64,000 nt of DNA, taken from assembly GCA_964057225.1 (NCBI GenBank), contig OZ059898.1:3782001-3846000 (forward strand). The letters run 5' to 3'. Position 1 is the stretch's first letter; every line of letters starts with the position of its first letter. Source of the DNA: Auanema rhodensis (taxonomy: Eukaryota; Animalia; Nematoda). Below the pieces are notes generated by a model. That model saw nothing but the letters and a program-made list of their open reading frames with translations, did no database searches and had not been told where the DNA came from. The position numbers and the translations under genes were made by a program. This document shows positions 1-15,000 of the stretch, piece by piece.

Positions 1-3000
1 AATATCTACTTTTCATAAAATTATTTGGAAATTTTTCGGGAAAATTTTTGTCAAAATGTTTTTGGAAGCAATTTTGAGTGTACATGGAAACTCAACATAC
101 AGTAATGCATCATTTTTCAAACGATCATAACTAATTTTTGAATTGAGCTTTTCTCAATGTAGTATAGTGCATTCGATGCGGATTTTCAAGCTGCGTCGAT
201 CTGTGTTATCTGATTTGCGCTAGCTTGAAAATGCACCGAGATATCAAATGATATAGGTTCACACTTATATCCTCGATTTTCACCCTGAAGAATTAATTTT
301 TTCGTTGAATAACAATGTCCATCGTCTTTGTCTTGAAAAAAGGAATCTAAAAACATCTACTTTATGTGAAATTATTTGGAAATTTTTCGAGAAAATTTTT
401 GTCAAAATGTTTTTGGAAGCAATTTTGAGTGTACATGGAAACTCTTTTTCAACTCAACATACAGTAATGCATCATTTTTCAAACGATCATAACTAATTTT
501 TGTATTGAGCTTTTCTTAATGTAGTATAGTGCATTCAATGCGGATTTTTAAGCTGCGTCGATCTGTGTTATCAGATTTGCGCTAGCTTGAAAATGCACCG
601 AGATATCACATGATATAGGTTCACACTTATATCCTCGATTTTCACCCTGAAGAATTAATTTTTTCGTTGAATAACACTGTCCATCGTCTTTGTCTTCAAA
701 AAAGGAATCTAAAAACATCTACTTTTTATAAAATTATTTGGAAATTTTTCGAGAAAATTTTTGTCAAAATGTTTTTGGAAGCAATTTTGAGTGTACATGG
801 AAACTCTTTTTCAACTCAACATACAGTAATGCATCATTTTTCAAACGATCATAACTAATTTTTGTATTGAGCTTTTCTCAATGTAGTATAGTGCATTCGA
901 TGCGGATTTTTAAGCTGCGTCGATCTGTGTTATCAGATTTGCGCTAGCTTGAAAATGCACCGAGATATCAAATGATATAGGTTCACACTTATATCCTCGA
1001 TTTTCACCCTGAAGAATTAATTTTTTCGTTGAATAACAATGTCCATCGTCTTTGTCTTGAAAAAAGGAATCTAAAAATATCTACTTTTCATAAAATTATT
1101 TGGAAATTTTTCGGGAAAATTTTTGTCAAAATGTTTTTGGAAGCAATTTTGAGTGTACATGGAAACTCTTTTTCAACTCAACATACAGTAATGCATCATT
1201 TTTCAAACGATCATAACTAATTTTTGTATTGAGCTTTTCTCAATGTAGTATAGTGCATTCGATGCGGATTTTCAAGCTGCGTCGATCTGTGTTATCTGAT
1301 TTGCGCTAGCTTGAAAATGCACCGAGATATCAAATGATATAGGTTCACACTTATATCCTCGATTTTCACCCTGAAGAATTAATTTTTTCGTTGAATAACA
1401 ATGTCCATCGTCTTTGTCTTGAAAAAAGGAATCTAAAAACATCTACTTTTCATAAAATTATTTGGAAATTTTTCGAGAAAATTTTTGTCAAAATGTTTTT
1501 GGAACCAATTTTGAGTGTACATGGAAATTCAACATACACAAATGCATCATTTTTCAAACGATCATAACTAATTTTTGAATTGAGCTTTTCTTAATGTAGT
1601 ATAGTGCATTCGATGCGGATTTTTAAGCTGCGTCGATCTGTGTTATCTGATTTGCGCTAGCTTGAAAATGCACCGAGATATCAAATGATATAGGTTCACA
1701 CTTATATCCTCGATTTTCACCCTGAAGAATTAATTTTTTCGTTGAATAACAATGTCCATCGTCTTTGTCTTGAAAAAAGGAATCTAAAAACATCTACTTT
1801 TCATAAAATTATTTGGAAATTTTTCGGGAAAATTTTTGTCAAAATGTTTTTGGAAGCAATTTTGAGTGTACATGGAAACTCAACATACAGTAATGCATCA
1901 TTTTTCAAACGATCATAACTAATTTTTGTATTGAGCTTTTCTCAATGTAATATAGTGCATTCGATGCGGATTTTTAAGCTGCGTCGATCTGTGTTATCTG
2001 ATTTGCGCTAGCTTGAAAATGCACCGAGATATCAAATGATATAGGTTCACACTTATATCCTCGATTTTCACCCTGAAGAATTAATTTTTTCGTTGAATAA
2101 CAATGTCCATCGTCTTTGTCTTGAAAAAAGGAATCTAAAAACATCTACTTTTCATAAAATTATTTGGAAATTTTTCGGGAAAATTTTTGTCAAAATGTTT
2201 TTGGAACCAATTTTGAGTGTACATGGAAATTCAACATACAGTAATGCATCATTTTTCAAACGATCATAACTAATTTTTGTATTGAGCTTTTCTCAATGTA
2301 GTATAGTGCATTCGATGCGGATTTTCAAGCTGCGTCGATCTGTGTTATCTGATTTGCGCTAGCTTGAAAATGCACCGAGATATCAAATGATATAGGTTCA
2401 CACTTATATCCTCGATTTTCACCCTGAAGAATTAATTTTTTCGTTGAATAACAATGTCCATCGTCTTTGTCTTGAAAAAAGGAATCTAAAAACATCTACT
2501 TTTCATAAAATTATTTGGAAATTTTTGAGAAAATTTTTGTCAAAATGTTTTTGGAAGCAATTTTGAGTGTACATGGAAACTCAACATACAGTAATGCATC
2601 ATTTTTCAAACGATCATAACTAATTTTTGAATTGAGCTTTTCTTAATGTAGTATAGTGCATTCGATGCGGATTTTTAAGCTGCGTCGATCTGTGTTATCT
2701 GATTTGCGCTAGCTTGAAAATGCACCGAGATATCAAATGATATAGGTTCACACTTATATCCTCGATTTTCACCCTGAAGAATTAATTTTTTCGTTGAATA
2801 ACAATGTCCATCGTCTTTGTCTTGAAAAAAGGAATCTAAAAACATCTACTTTTCATAAAATTATTTGGAAATTTTTGAGAAAATTTTTGTCAAAATGTTT
2901 TTGGAAGCAATTTTGAGTGTACATGGAAACTCAACATACAGTAATGCATCATTTTTCAAACGATCATAACTAATTTTTGAATTGAGCTTTTCTTAATGTA

Positions 3001-6000
3001 GTATAGTGCATTCGATGCGGATTTTTAAGCTGCGTCGATCTGTGTTATCTGATTTGCGCTAGCTTGAAAATGCACCGAGATATCAAATGATATAGGTTCA
3101 CACGTATATCCTCGATTTTCACTCTGAAGAATTAATTTTTTCGTTGAATAACAATGTCCATCGTCTTTGTCTTGAAAAAAGGAATCTAAAAACATCTACT
3201 TTTCATAAAATTATTTGGAAATTTTTCGGGAAAATTTTTGTCAAAATGTTTTTGGAACCAATTTTGAGTGTACATGGAAATTCAACATACACAAATGCAT
3301 CATTTTTCAAACGATCATAACTAATTTTTGTATTGAGCTTTTCTCAATGTAGTATAGTGCATTCGATGCGGATTTTCAAGCTGCGTCGATCTGTGTTATC
3401 TGATTTGCGCTAGCTTGAAAATGCACCGAGATATCAAATGATATAGGTTCACACGTATATCCTCGATTTTCACTCTGAAGAATTAATTTTTTCGTTGAAT
3501 AACAATGTCCATCGTCTTTGTCTTGAAAAAAGGAATCTAAAAACATCTACTTTTCATAAAATTATTTGGAAATTTTTCGGGAAAATTTTTGTCAAAATGT
3601 TTTTGGAAGCAATTTTGAGTGTACATGGAAACTCAACATACAGTAATGCATCATTTTTCAAACGATCATAACTAATTTTTGAATTGAGCTTTTCTCAATG
3701 TAGTATAGTGCATTCGATGCGGATTTTCAAGCTGCGTCGATCTGTGTTATCTGATTTGCGCTAGCTTGAAAATGCACCGAGATATCAAATGATATAGGTT
3801 CACACTTATATCCTCGATTTTCACCCTGAAGAATTAATTTTTTCGTTGAATAACAATGTCCATCGTCTTTGTCTTGAAAAAAGGAATCTAAAAACATCTA
3901 CTTTATGTGAAATTATTTGGAAATTTTTCGAGAAAATTTTTGTCAAAATGTTTTTGGAAGCAATTTTGAGTGTACATGGAAACTCAACATACAGTAATGC
4001 ATCATTTTTCAAACGATCATAACTAATTTTTGAATTGAGCTTTTCTTAATGTAGTATAGTGCATTCGATGCGGATTTTTAAGCTGCGTCGATCTGTGTTA
4101 TCTGATTTGCGCTAGCTTGAAAATGCACCGAGATATCAAATGATATAGGTTCACACTTATATCCTCGATTTTCACCCTGAAGAATTAATTTTTTCGTTGA
4201 ATAACAATGTCCATCGTCTTTGTCTTGAAAAAAGGAATCTAAAAACATCTACTTTTCATAAAATTATTTGGAAATTTTTGAGAAAATTTTTGTCAAAATG
4301 TTTTTGGAAGCAATTTTGAGTGTACATGGAAACTCAACATACAGTAATGCATCATTTTTCAAACGATCATAACTAATTTTTGAATTGAGCTTTTCTTAAT
4401 GTAGTATAGTGCATTCGATGCGGATTTTTAAGCTGCGTCGATCTGTGTTATCTGATTTGCGCTAGCTTGAAAATGCACCGAGATATCAAATGATATAGGT
4501 TCACACGTATATCCTCGATTTTCACTCTGAAGAATTAATTTTTTCGTTGAATAACAATGTCCATCGTCTTTGTCTTGAAAAAAGGAATCTAAAAACATCT
4601 ACTTTTCATAAAATTATTTGGAAATTTTTCGGGAAAATTTTTGTCAAAATGTTTTTGGAACCAATTTTGAGTGTACATGGAAATTCAACATACACAAATG
4701 CATCATTTTTCAAACGATCATAACTAATTTTTGTATTGAGCTTTTCTCAATGTAGTATAGTGCATTCGATGCGGATTTTCAAGCTGCGTCGATCTGTGTT
4801 ATCTGATTTGCGCTAGCTTGAAAATGCACCGAGATATCAAATGATATAGGTTCACACGTATATCCTCGATTTTCACTCTGAAGAATTAATTTTTTCGTTG
4901 AATAACAATGTCCATCGTCTTTGTCTTGAAAAAAGGAATCTAAAAACATCTACTTTTCATAAAATTATTTGGAAATTTTTCGGGAAAATTTTTGTCAAAA
5001 TGTTTTTGGAACCAATTTTGAGTGTACATGGAAATTCAACATACAGTAATGCATCATTTTTCAAACGATCATAACTAATTTTTGTATTGAGCTTTTCTCA
5101 ATGTAATATAGTGCATTCGATGCGGATTTTTAAGCTGCGTCGATCTGTGTTATCAGATTTGCGCTAGCTTGAAAATGCACCGAGATATCAAATGATATAG
5201 GTTCACACTTATATCCTCGATTTTCACCCTGAAGAATTAATTTTTTCGTTGAATAACAATGTCCATCGTCTTTGTCTTGAAAAAAGGAATCTAAAAATAT
5301 CTACTTTTCATAAAATTATTTGGAAATTTTTCGGGAAAATTTTTGTCAAAATGTTTTTGGAACCAATTTTGAGTGTACATGGAAATTCAACATACAGTAA
5401 TGCATCATTTTTCAAACGATCATAACTAATTTTTGTATTGAGCTTTTCTCAATGTAGTATAGTGCATTCGATGCGGATTTTCAAGCTGCGTCGATCTGTG
5501 TTATCTGATTTGCGCTAGCTTGAAAATGCACCGAGATATCAAATGATATAGGTTCACACTTATATCCTCGATTTTCACCCTGAAGAATTAATTTTTTCGT
5601 TGAATAACAATGTCCATCGTCTTTGTCTTGAAAAAAGGAATCTAAAAACATCTACTTTATGTGAAATTATTTGGAAATTTTTCGAGAAAATTTTTGTCAA
5701 AATGTTTTTGGAAGCAATTTTGAGTGTACATGGAAACTCTTTTTCAACTCAACATACAGTAATGCATCATTTTTCAAACGATCATAACTAATTTTTGTAT
5801 TGAGCTTTTCTCAATGTAGTATAGTGCATTCGATGCGGATTTTTAAGCTGCGTCGATCTGTGTTATCAGATTTGCGCTAGCTTGAAAATGCACCGAGATA
5901 TCAAATGATATAGGTTCACACTTATATCCTCGATTTTCACCCTGAAGAATTAATTTTTTCGTTGAATAACAATGTCCATCGTCTTTGTCTTGAAAAAAGG

Positions 6001-9000
6001 AATCTAAAAATATCTACTTTTCATAAAATTATTTGGAAATTTTTCGGGAAAATTTTTGTCAAAATGTTTTTGGAAGCAATTTTGAGTGTACATGGAAACT
6101 CAACATACAGTAATGCATCATTTTTCAAACGATCATAACTAATTTTTGAATTGAGCTTTTCTCAATGTAGTATAGTGCATTCGATGCGGATTTTCAAGCT
6201 GCGTCGATCTGTGTTATCTGATTTGCGCTAGCTTGAAAATGCACCGAGATATCAAATGATATAGGTTCACACTTATATCCTCGATTTTCACTCTGAAGAA
6301 TTAATTTTTTCGTTGAATAACAATGTCCATCGTCTTTGTCTTGAAAAAAGGAATCTAAAAATATCTACTTTTCATAAAATTATTTGGAAATTTTTCGGGA
6401 AAATTTTTGTCAAAATGTTTTTGGAAGCAATTTTGAGTGTACATGGAAACTCTTTTTCAACTCAACATACAGTAATGCATCATTTTTCAAACGATCATAA
6501 CTAATTTTTGTATTGAGCTTTTCTTAATGTAGTATAGTGCATTCAATGCGGATTTTTAAGCTGCGTCGATCTGTGTTATCAGATTTGCGCTAGCTTGAAA
6601 ATGCACCGAGATATCACATGATATAGGTTCACACTTATATCCTCGATTTTCACCCTGAAGAATTAATTTTTTCGTTGAATAACACTGTCCATCGTCTTTG
6701 TCTTCAAAAAAGGAATCTAAAAACATCTACTTTTCATAAAATTATTTGGAAATTTTTCGAGAAAATTTTTGTCAAAATGTTTTTGGAACCAATTTTGAGT
6801 GTACATGGAAATTCAACATACAGTAATGCATCATTTTTCAAACGATCATAACTAATTTTTGTATTGAGCTTTTCTCAATGTAGTATAGTGCATTCGATGC
6901 GGATTTTTAAGCTGCGTCGATCTGTGTTATCAGATTTGCGCTAGCTTGAAAATGCACCGAGATATCAAATGATATAGGTTCACACTTATATCCTCGATTT
7001 TCACCCTGAAGAATTAATTTTTTCGTTGAATAACAATGTCCATCGTCTTTGTCTTGAAAAAAGGAATCTAAAAATATCTACTTTTCATAAAATTATTTGG
7101 AAATTTTTCGGGAAAATTTTTGTCAAAATGTTTTTGGAAGCAATTTTGAGTGTACATGGAAACTCTTTTTCAACTCAACATACAGTAATGCATCATTTTT
7201 CAAACGATCATAACTAATTTTTGTATTGAGCTTTTCTTAATGTAGTATAGTGCATTCAATGCGGATTTTTAAGCTGCGTCGATCTGTGTTATCAGATTTG
7301 CGCTAGCTTGAAAATGCACCGAGATATCACATGATATAGGTTCACACTTATATCCTCGATTTTCACCCTGAAGAATTAATTTTTTCGTTGAATAACACTG
7401 TCCATCGTCTTTGTCTTCAAAAAAGGAATCTAAAAATATCTACTTTTTATAAAATTATTTGGAAATTTTTCGAGAAAATTTTTGTCAAAATGTTTTTGGA
7501 AGCAATTTTGAGTGTACATGGAAACTCTTTTTCAACTCAACATACAGTAATGCATCATTTTTCAAACGATCATAACTAATTTTTGTATTGAGCTTTTCTC
7601 AATGTAGTATAGTGCATTCGATGCGGATTTTCAAGCTGCGTCGATCTGTGTTATCTGATTTGCGCTAGCTTGAAAATGCACCGAGATATCAAATGATATA
7701 GGTTCACACTTATATCCTCGATTTTCACCCTGAAGAATTAATTTTTTCGTTGAATAACAATGTCCATCGTCTTTGTCTTGAAAAAAGGAATCTAAAAACA
7801 TCTACTTTTCATAAAATTATTTGGAAATTTTTCGAGAAAATTTTTGTCAAAATGTTTTTGGAAGCAATTTTGAGTGTACATGGAAACTCAACATACACAA
7901 ATGCATCATTTTTCAAACGATCATAACTAATTTTTGAATTGAGCTTTTCTTAATGTAGTATAGTGCATTCGATGCGGATTTTTAAGCTGCGTCGATCTGT
8001 GTTATCAGATTTGCGCTAGCTTGAAAATGCACCGAGATATCAAATGATATAGGTTCACACTTATATCCTCGATTTTCACCCTGAAGAATTAATTTTTTCG
8101 TTGAATAACAATGTCCATCGTCTTTGTCTTGAAAAAAGGAATCTAAAAACATCTACTTTTCATAAAATTATTTGGAAATTTTTCGGGAAAATTTTTGTCA
8201 AAATGTTTTTGGAACCAATTTTGAGTGTACATGGAAATTCAACATACAGTAATGCATCATTTTTCAAACGATCATAACTAATTTTTGTATTGAGCTTTTC
8301 TCAATGTAGTATAGTGCATTCGATGCGGATTTTCAAGCTGCGTCGATCTGTGTTATCTGATTTGCGCTAGCTTGAAAATGCACCGAGATATCAAATGATA
8401 TAGGTTCACACTTATATCCTCGATTTTCACCCTGAAGAATTAATTTTTTCGTTGAATAACAATGTCCATCGTCTTTGTCTTGAAAAAAGGAATCTAAAAA
8501 CATCTACTTTTCATAAAATTATTTGGAAATTTTTGAGAAAATTTTTGTCAAAATGTTTTTGGAAGCAATTTTGAGTGTACATGGAAACTCAACATACAGT
8601 AATGCATCATTTTTCAAACGATCATAACTAATTTTTGAATTGAGCTTTTCTTAATGTAGTATAGTGCATTCGATGCGGATTTTTAAGCTGCGTCGATCTG
8701 TGTTATCTGATTTGCGCTAGCTTGAAAATGCACCGAGATATCAAATGATATAGGTTCACACTTATATCCTCGATTTTCACCCTGAAGAATTAATTTTTTC
8801 GTTGAATAACAATGTCCATCGTCTTTGTCTTGAAAAAAGGAATCTAAAAACATCTACTTTTCATAAAATTATTTGGAAATTTTTGAGAAAATTTTTGTCA
8901 AAATGTTTTTGGAAGCAATTTTGAGTGTACATGGAAACTCAACATACAGTAATGCATCATTTTTCAAACGATCATAACTAATTTTTGAATTGAGCTTTTC

Positions 9001-12000
9001 TTAATGTAGTATAGTGCATTCGATGCGGATTTTTAAGCTGCGTCGATCTGTGTTATCTGATTTGCGCTAGCTTGAAAATGCACCGAGATATCAAATGATA
9101 TAGGTTCACACGTATATCCTCGATTTTCACTCTGAAGAATTAATTTTTTCGTTGAATAACAATGTCCATCGTCTTTGTCTTGAAAAAAGGAATCTAAAAA
9201 CATCTACTTTTCATAAAATTATTTGGAAATTTTTCGGGAAAATTTTTGTCAAAATGTTTTTGGAACCAATTTTGAGTGTACATGGAAATTCAACATACAC
9301 AAATGCATCATTTTTCAAACGATCATAACTAATTTTTGTATTGAGCTTTTCTCAATGTAGTATAGTGCATTCGATGCGGATTTTCAAGCTGCGTCGATCT
9401 GTGTTATCTGATTTGCGCTAGCTTGAAAATGCACCGAGATATCAAATGATATAGGTTCACACGTATATCCTCGATTTTCACTCTGAAGAATTAATTTTTT
9501 CGTTGAATAACAATGTCCATCGTCTTTGTCTTGAAAAAAGGAATCTAAAAACATCTACTTTTCATAAAATTATTTGGAAATTTTTCGGGAAAATTTTTGT
9601 CAAAATGTTTTTGGAACCAATTTTGAGTGTACATGGAAATTCAACATACAGTAATGCATCATTTTTCAAACGATCATAACTAAATTTTGTATTGAGCTTT
9701 TCTCAATGTAATATAGTGCATTCAATGCGGATTTTTAAGCTGCGTCGATCTGTGTTATCAGATTTGCGCTAGCTTGAAAATGCACCGAGATATCAAATGA
9801 TATAGGTTCACACTTATATCCTCGATTTTCACCCTGAAGAATTAATTTTTTCGTTGAATAACAATGTCCATCGTCTTTGTCTTGAAAAAAGGAATCTAAA
9901 AATATCTACTTTTCATAAAATTATTTGGAAATTTTTCGGGAAAATTTTTGTCAAAATGTTTTTGGAAGCAATTTTGAGTGTACATGGAAACTCAACATAC
10001 AGTAATGCATCATTTTTCAAACGATCATAACTAATTTTTGAATTGAGCTTTTCTCAATGTAGTATAGTGCATTCGATGCGGATTTTCAAGCTGCGTCGAT
10101 CTGTGTTATCTGATTTGCGCTAGCTTGAAAATGCACCGAGATATCAAATGATATAGGTTCACACTTATATCCTCGATTTTCACCCTGAAGAATTAATTTT
10201 TTCGTTGAATAACAATGTCCATCGTCTTTGTCTTGAAAAAAGGAATCTAAAAACATCTACTTTATGTAAAATTATTTGGAAATTTTTCGAGAAAATTTTT
10301 GTCAAAATGTTTTTGGAAGCAATTTTGAGTGTACATGGAAACTCTTTTTCAACTCAACATACAGTAATGCATCATTTTTCAAACGATCATAACTAATTTT
10401 TGTATTGAGCTTTTCTCAATGTAGTATAGTGCATTCGATGCGGATTTTTAAGCTGCGTCGATCTGTGTTATCAGATTTGCGCTAGCTTGAAAATGCACCG
10501 AGATATCAAATGATATAGGTTCACACTTATATCCTCGATTTTCACCCTGAAGAATTAATTTTTTCGTTGAATAACAATGTCCATCGTCTTTGTCTTGAAA
10601 AAAGGAATCTAAAAATATCTACTTTTCATAAAATTATTTGGAAATTTTTCGGGAAAATTTTTGTCAAAATGTTTTTGGAAGCAATTTTGAGTGTACATGG
10701 AAACTCAACATACAGTAATGCATCATTTTTCAAACGATCATAACTAATTTTTGAATTGAGCTTTTCTCAATGTAGTATAGTGCATTCGATGCGGATTTTC
10801 AAGCTGCGTCGATCTGTGTTATCTGATTTGCGCTAGCTTGAAAATGCACCGAGATATCAAATGATATAGGTTCACACGTATATCCTCGATTTTCACTCTG
10901 AAGAATTAATTTTTTCGTTGAATAACAATGTCCATCGTCTTTGTCTTGAAAAAAGGAATCTAAAAACATCTACTTTTCATAAAATTATTTGGAAATTTTT
11001 CGGGAAAATTTTTGTCAAAATGTTTTTGGAACCAATTTTGAGTGTACATGGAAATTCAACATACAGTAATGCATCATTTTTCAAACGATCATAACTAATT
11101 TTTGTATTGAGCTTTTCTCAATGTAGTATAGTGCATTCGATGCGGATTTTTAAGCTGCGTCGATCTGTGTTATCAGATTTGCGCTAGCTTGAAAATGCAC
11201 CGAGATATCAAATGATATAGGTTCACACTTATATCCTCGATTTTCACCCTGAAGAATTAATTTTTTCGTTGAATAACAATGTCCATCGTCTTTGTCTTGA
11301 AAAAAGGAATCTAAAAATATCTACTTTTCATAAAATTATTTGGAAATTTTTCGGGAAAATTTTTGTCAAAATGTTTTTGGAAGCAATTTTGAGTGTACAT
11401 GGAAACTCTTTTTCAACTCAACATACAGTAATGCATCATTTTTCAAACGATCATAACTAATTTTTGTATTGAGCTTTTCTTAATGTAGTATAGTGCATTC
11501 AATGCGGATTTTTAAGCTGCGTCGATCTGTGTTATCAGATTTGCGCTAGCTTGAAAATGCACCGAGATATCACATGATATAGGTTCACACTTATATCCTC
11601 GATTTTCACCCTGAAGAATTAATTTTTTCGTTGAATAACACTGTCCATCGTCTTTGTCTTCAAAAAAGGAATCTAAAAACATCTACTTTTTATAAAATTA
11701 TTTGGAAATTTTTCGAGAAAATTTTTGTCAAAATGTTTTTGGAAGCAATTTTGAGTGTACATGGAAACTCTTTTTCAACTCAACATACAGTAATGCATCA
11801 TTTTTCAAACGATCATAACTAATTTTTGTATTGAGCTTTTCTCAATGTAGTATAGTGCATTCGATGCGGATTTTCAAGCTGCGTCGATCTGTGTTATCTG
11901 ATTTGCGCTAGCTTGAAAATGCACCGAGATATCAAATGATATAGGTTCACACTTATATCCTCGATTTTCACCCTGAAGAATTAATTTTTTCGTTGAATAA

Positions 12001-15000
12001 CAATGTCCATCGTCTTTGTCTTGAAAAAAGGAATCTAAAAACATCTACTTTTCATAAAATTATTTGGAAATTTTTCGAGAAAATTTTTGTCAAAATGTTT
12101 TTGGAAGCAATTTTGAGTGTACATGGAAACTCAACATACACAAATGCATCATTTTTCAAACGATCATAACTAATTTTTGAATTGAGCTTTTCTTAATGTA
12201 GTATAGTGCATTCGATGCGGATTTTTAAGCTGCGTCGATCTGTGTTATCTGATTTGCGCTAGCTTGAAAATGCACCGAGATATCAAATGATATAGGTTCA
12301 CACTTATATCCTCGATTTTCACCCTGAAGAATTAATTTTTTCGTTGAATAACAATGTCCATCGTCTTTGTCTTGAAAAAAGGAATCTAAAAACATCTACT
12401 TTTCATAAAATTATTTGGAAATTTTTCGAGAAAATTTTTGTCAAAATGTTTTTGGAACCAATTTTGAGTGTACATGGAAATTCAACATACACAAATGCAT
12501 CATTTTTCAAACGATCATAACTAATTTTTGAATTGAGCTTTTCTTAATGTAGTATAGTGCATTCGATGCGGATTTTTAAGCTGCGTCGATCTGTGTTATC
12601 TGATTTGCGCTAGCTTGAAAATGCACCGAGATATCAAATGATATAGGTTCACACTTATATCCTCGATTTTCACCCTGAAGAATTAATTTTTTCGTTGAAT
12701 AACAATGTCCATCGTCTTTGTCTTGAAAAAAGGAATCTAAAAACATCTACTTTTCATAAAATTATTTGGAAATTTTTCGGGAAAATTTTTGTCAAAATGT
12801 TTTTGGAAGCAATTTTGAGTGTACATGGAAACTCAACATACAGTAATGCATCATTTTTCAAACGATCATAACTAATTTTTGTATTGAGCTTTTCTCAATG
12901 TAATATAGTGCATTCGATGCGGATTTTTAAGCTGCGTCGATCTGTGTTATCAGATTTGCGCTAGCTTGAAAATGCACCGAGATATCAAATGATATAGGTT
13001 CACACTTATATCCTCGATTTTCACCCTGAAGAATTAATTTTTTCGTTGAATAACAATGTCCATCGTCTTTGTCTTGAAAAAAGGAATCTAAAAACATCTA
13101 CTTTTCATAAAATTATTTGGAAATTTTTCGGGAAAATTTTTGTCAAAATGTTTTTGGAACCAATTTTGAGTGTACATGGAAATTCAACATACAGTAATGC
13201 ATCATTTTTCAAACGATCATAACTAATTTTTGTATTGAGCTTTTCTCAATGTAGTATAGTGCATTCGATGCGGATTTTCAAGCTGCGTCGATCTGTGTTA
13301 TCTGATTTGCGCTAGCTTGAAAATGCACCGAGATATCAAATGATATAGGTTCACACTTATATCCTCGATTTTCACCCTGAAGAATTAATTTTTTCGTTGA
13401 ATAACAATGTCCATCGTCTTTGTCTTGAAAAAAGGAATCTAAAAACATCTACTTTTCATAAAATTATTTGGAAATTTTTGAGAAAATTTTTGTCAAAATG
13501 TTTTTGGAAGCAATTTTGAGTGTACATGGAAACTCAACATACAGTAATGCATCATTTTTCAAACGATCATAACTAATTTTTGAATTGAGCTTTTCTTAAT
13601 GTAGTATAGTGCATTCGATGCGGATTTTTAAGCTGCGTCGATCTGTGTTATCTGATTTGCGCTAGCTTGAAAATGCACCGAGATATCAAATGATATAGGT
13701 TCACACGTATATCCTCGATTTTCACTCTGAAGAATTAATTTTTTCGTTGAATAACAATGTCCATCGTCTTTGTCTTGAAAAAAGGAATCTAAAAACATCT
13801 ACTTTTCATAAAATTATTTGGAAATTTTTGAGAAAATTTTTGTCAAAATGTTTTTGGAAGCAATTTTGAGTGTACATGGAAACTCAACATACAGTAATGC
13901 ATCATTTTTCAAACGATCATAACTAATTTTTGAATTGAGCTTTTCTTAATGTAGTATAGTGCATTCGATGCGGATTTTTAAGCTGCGTCGATCTGTGTTA
14001 TCTGATTTGCGCTAGCTTGAAAATGCACCGAGATATCAAATGATATAGGTTCACACGTATATCCTCGATTTTCACTCTGAAGAATTAATTTTTTCGTTGA
14101 ATAACAATGTCCATCGTCTTTGTCTTAAAAAAAGGAATCTAAAAACATCTACTTTTCATAAAATTATTTGGAAATTTTTCGGGAAAATTTTTGTCAAAAT
14201 GTTTTTGGAACCAATTTTGAGTGTACATGGAAATTCAACATACACAAATGCATCATTTTTCAAACGATCATAACTAATTTTTGTATTGAGCTTTTCTCAA
14301 TGTAATATAGTGCATTCGATGCGGATTTTCAAGCTGCGTCGATCTGTGTTATCTGATTTGCGCTAGCTTGAAAATGCACCGAGATATCAAATGATATAGG
14401 TTCACACGTATATCCTCGATTTTCACTCTGAAGAATTAATTTTTTCGTTGAATAACAATGTCCATCGTCTTTGTCTTGAAAAAAGGAATCTAAAAACATC
14501 TACTTTTCATAAAATTATTTGGAAATTTTTCGGGAAAATTTTTGTCAAAATGTTTTTGGAACCAATTTTGAGTGTACATGGAAATTCAACATACAGTAAT
14601 GCATCATTTTTCAAACGATCATAACTAATTTTTGTATTGAGCTTTTCTCAATGTAGTATAGTGCATTCGATGCGGATTTTTAAGCTGCGTCGATCTGTGT
14701 TATCAGATTTGCGCTAGCTTGAAAATGCACCGAGATATCAAATGATATAGGTTCACACTTATATCCTCGATTTTCACCCTGAAGAATTAATTTTTTCGTT
14801 GAATAACAATGTCCATCGTCTTTGTCTTGAAAAAAGGAATCTAAAAATATCTACTTTTCATAAAATTATTTGGAAATTTTTCGGGAAAATTTTTGTCAAA
14901 ATGTTTTTGGAAGCAATTTTGAGTGTACATGGAAACTCAACATACAGTAATGCATCATTTTTCAAACGATCATAACTAATTTTTGTATTGAGCTTTTCTC

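Noticed and set aside
1500-1600. Resemblance of the monomer to SL1 RNA (CCAATTTTGAGTGTACATGGAAA vs CCAAGTTTGAGGTAAACATTGAAA, then Sm-like AATTTTTG and a small stem-loop)
   Set aside because: It lacks the GGTTTAATTA 5' end and the AG|GT donor, spacing to the Sm-like site differs, and such matches are easy in AT-rich DNA. An Infernal search with the SL1/SL2 models would settle it.
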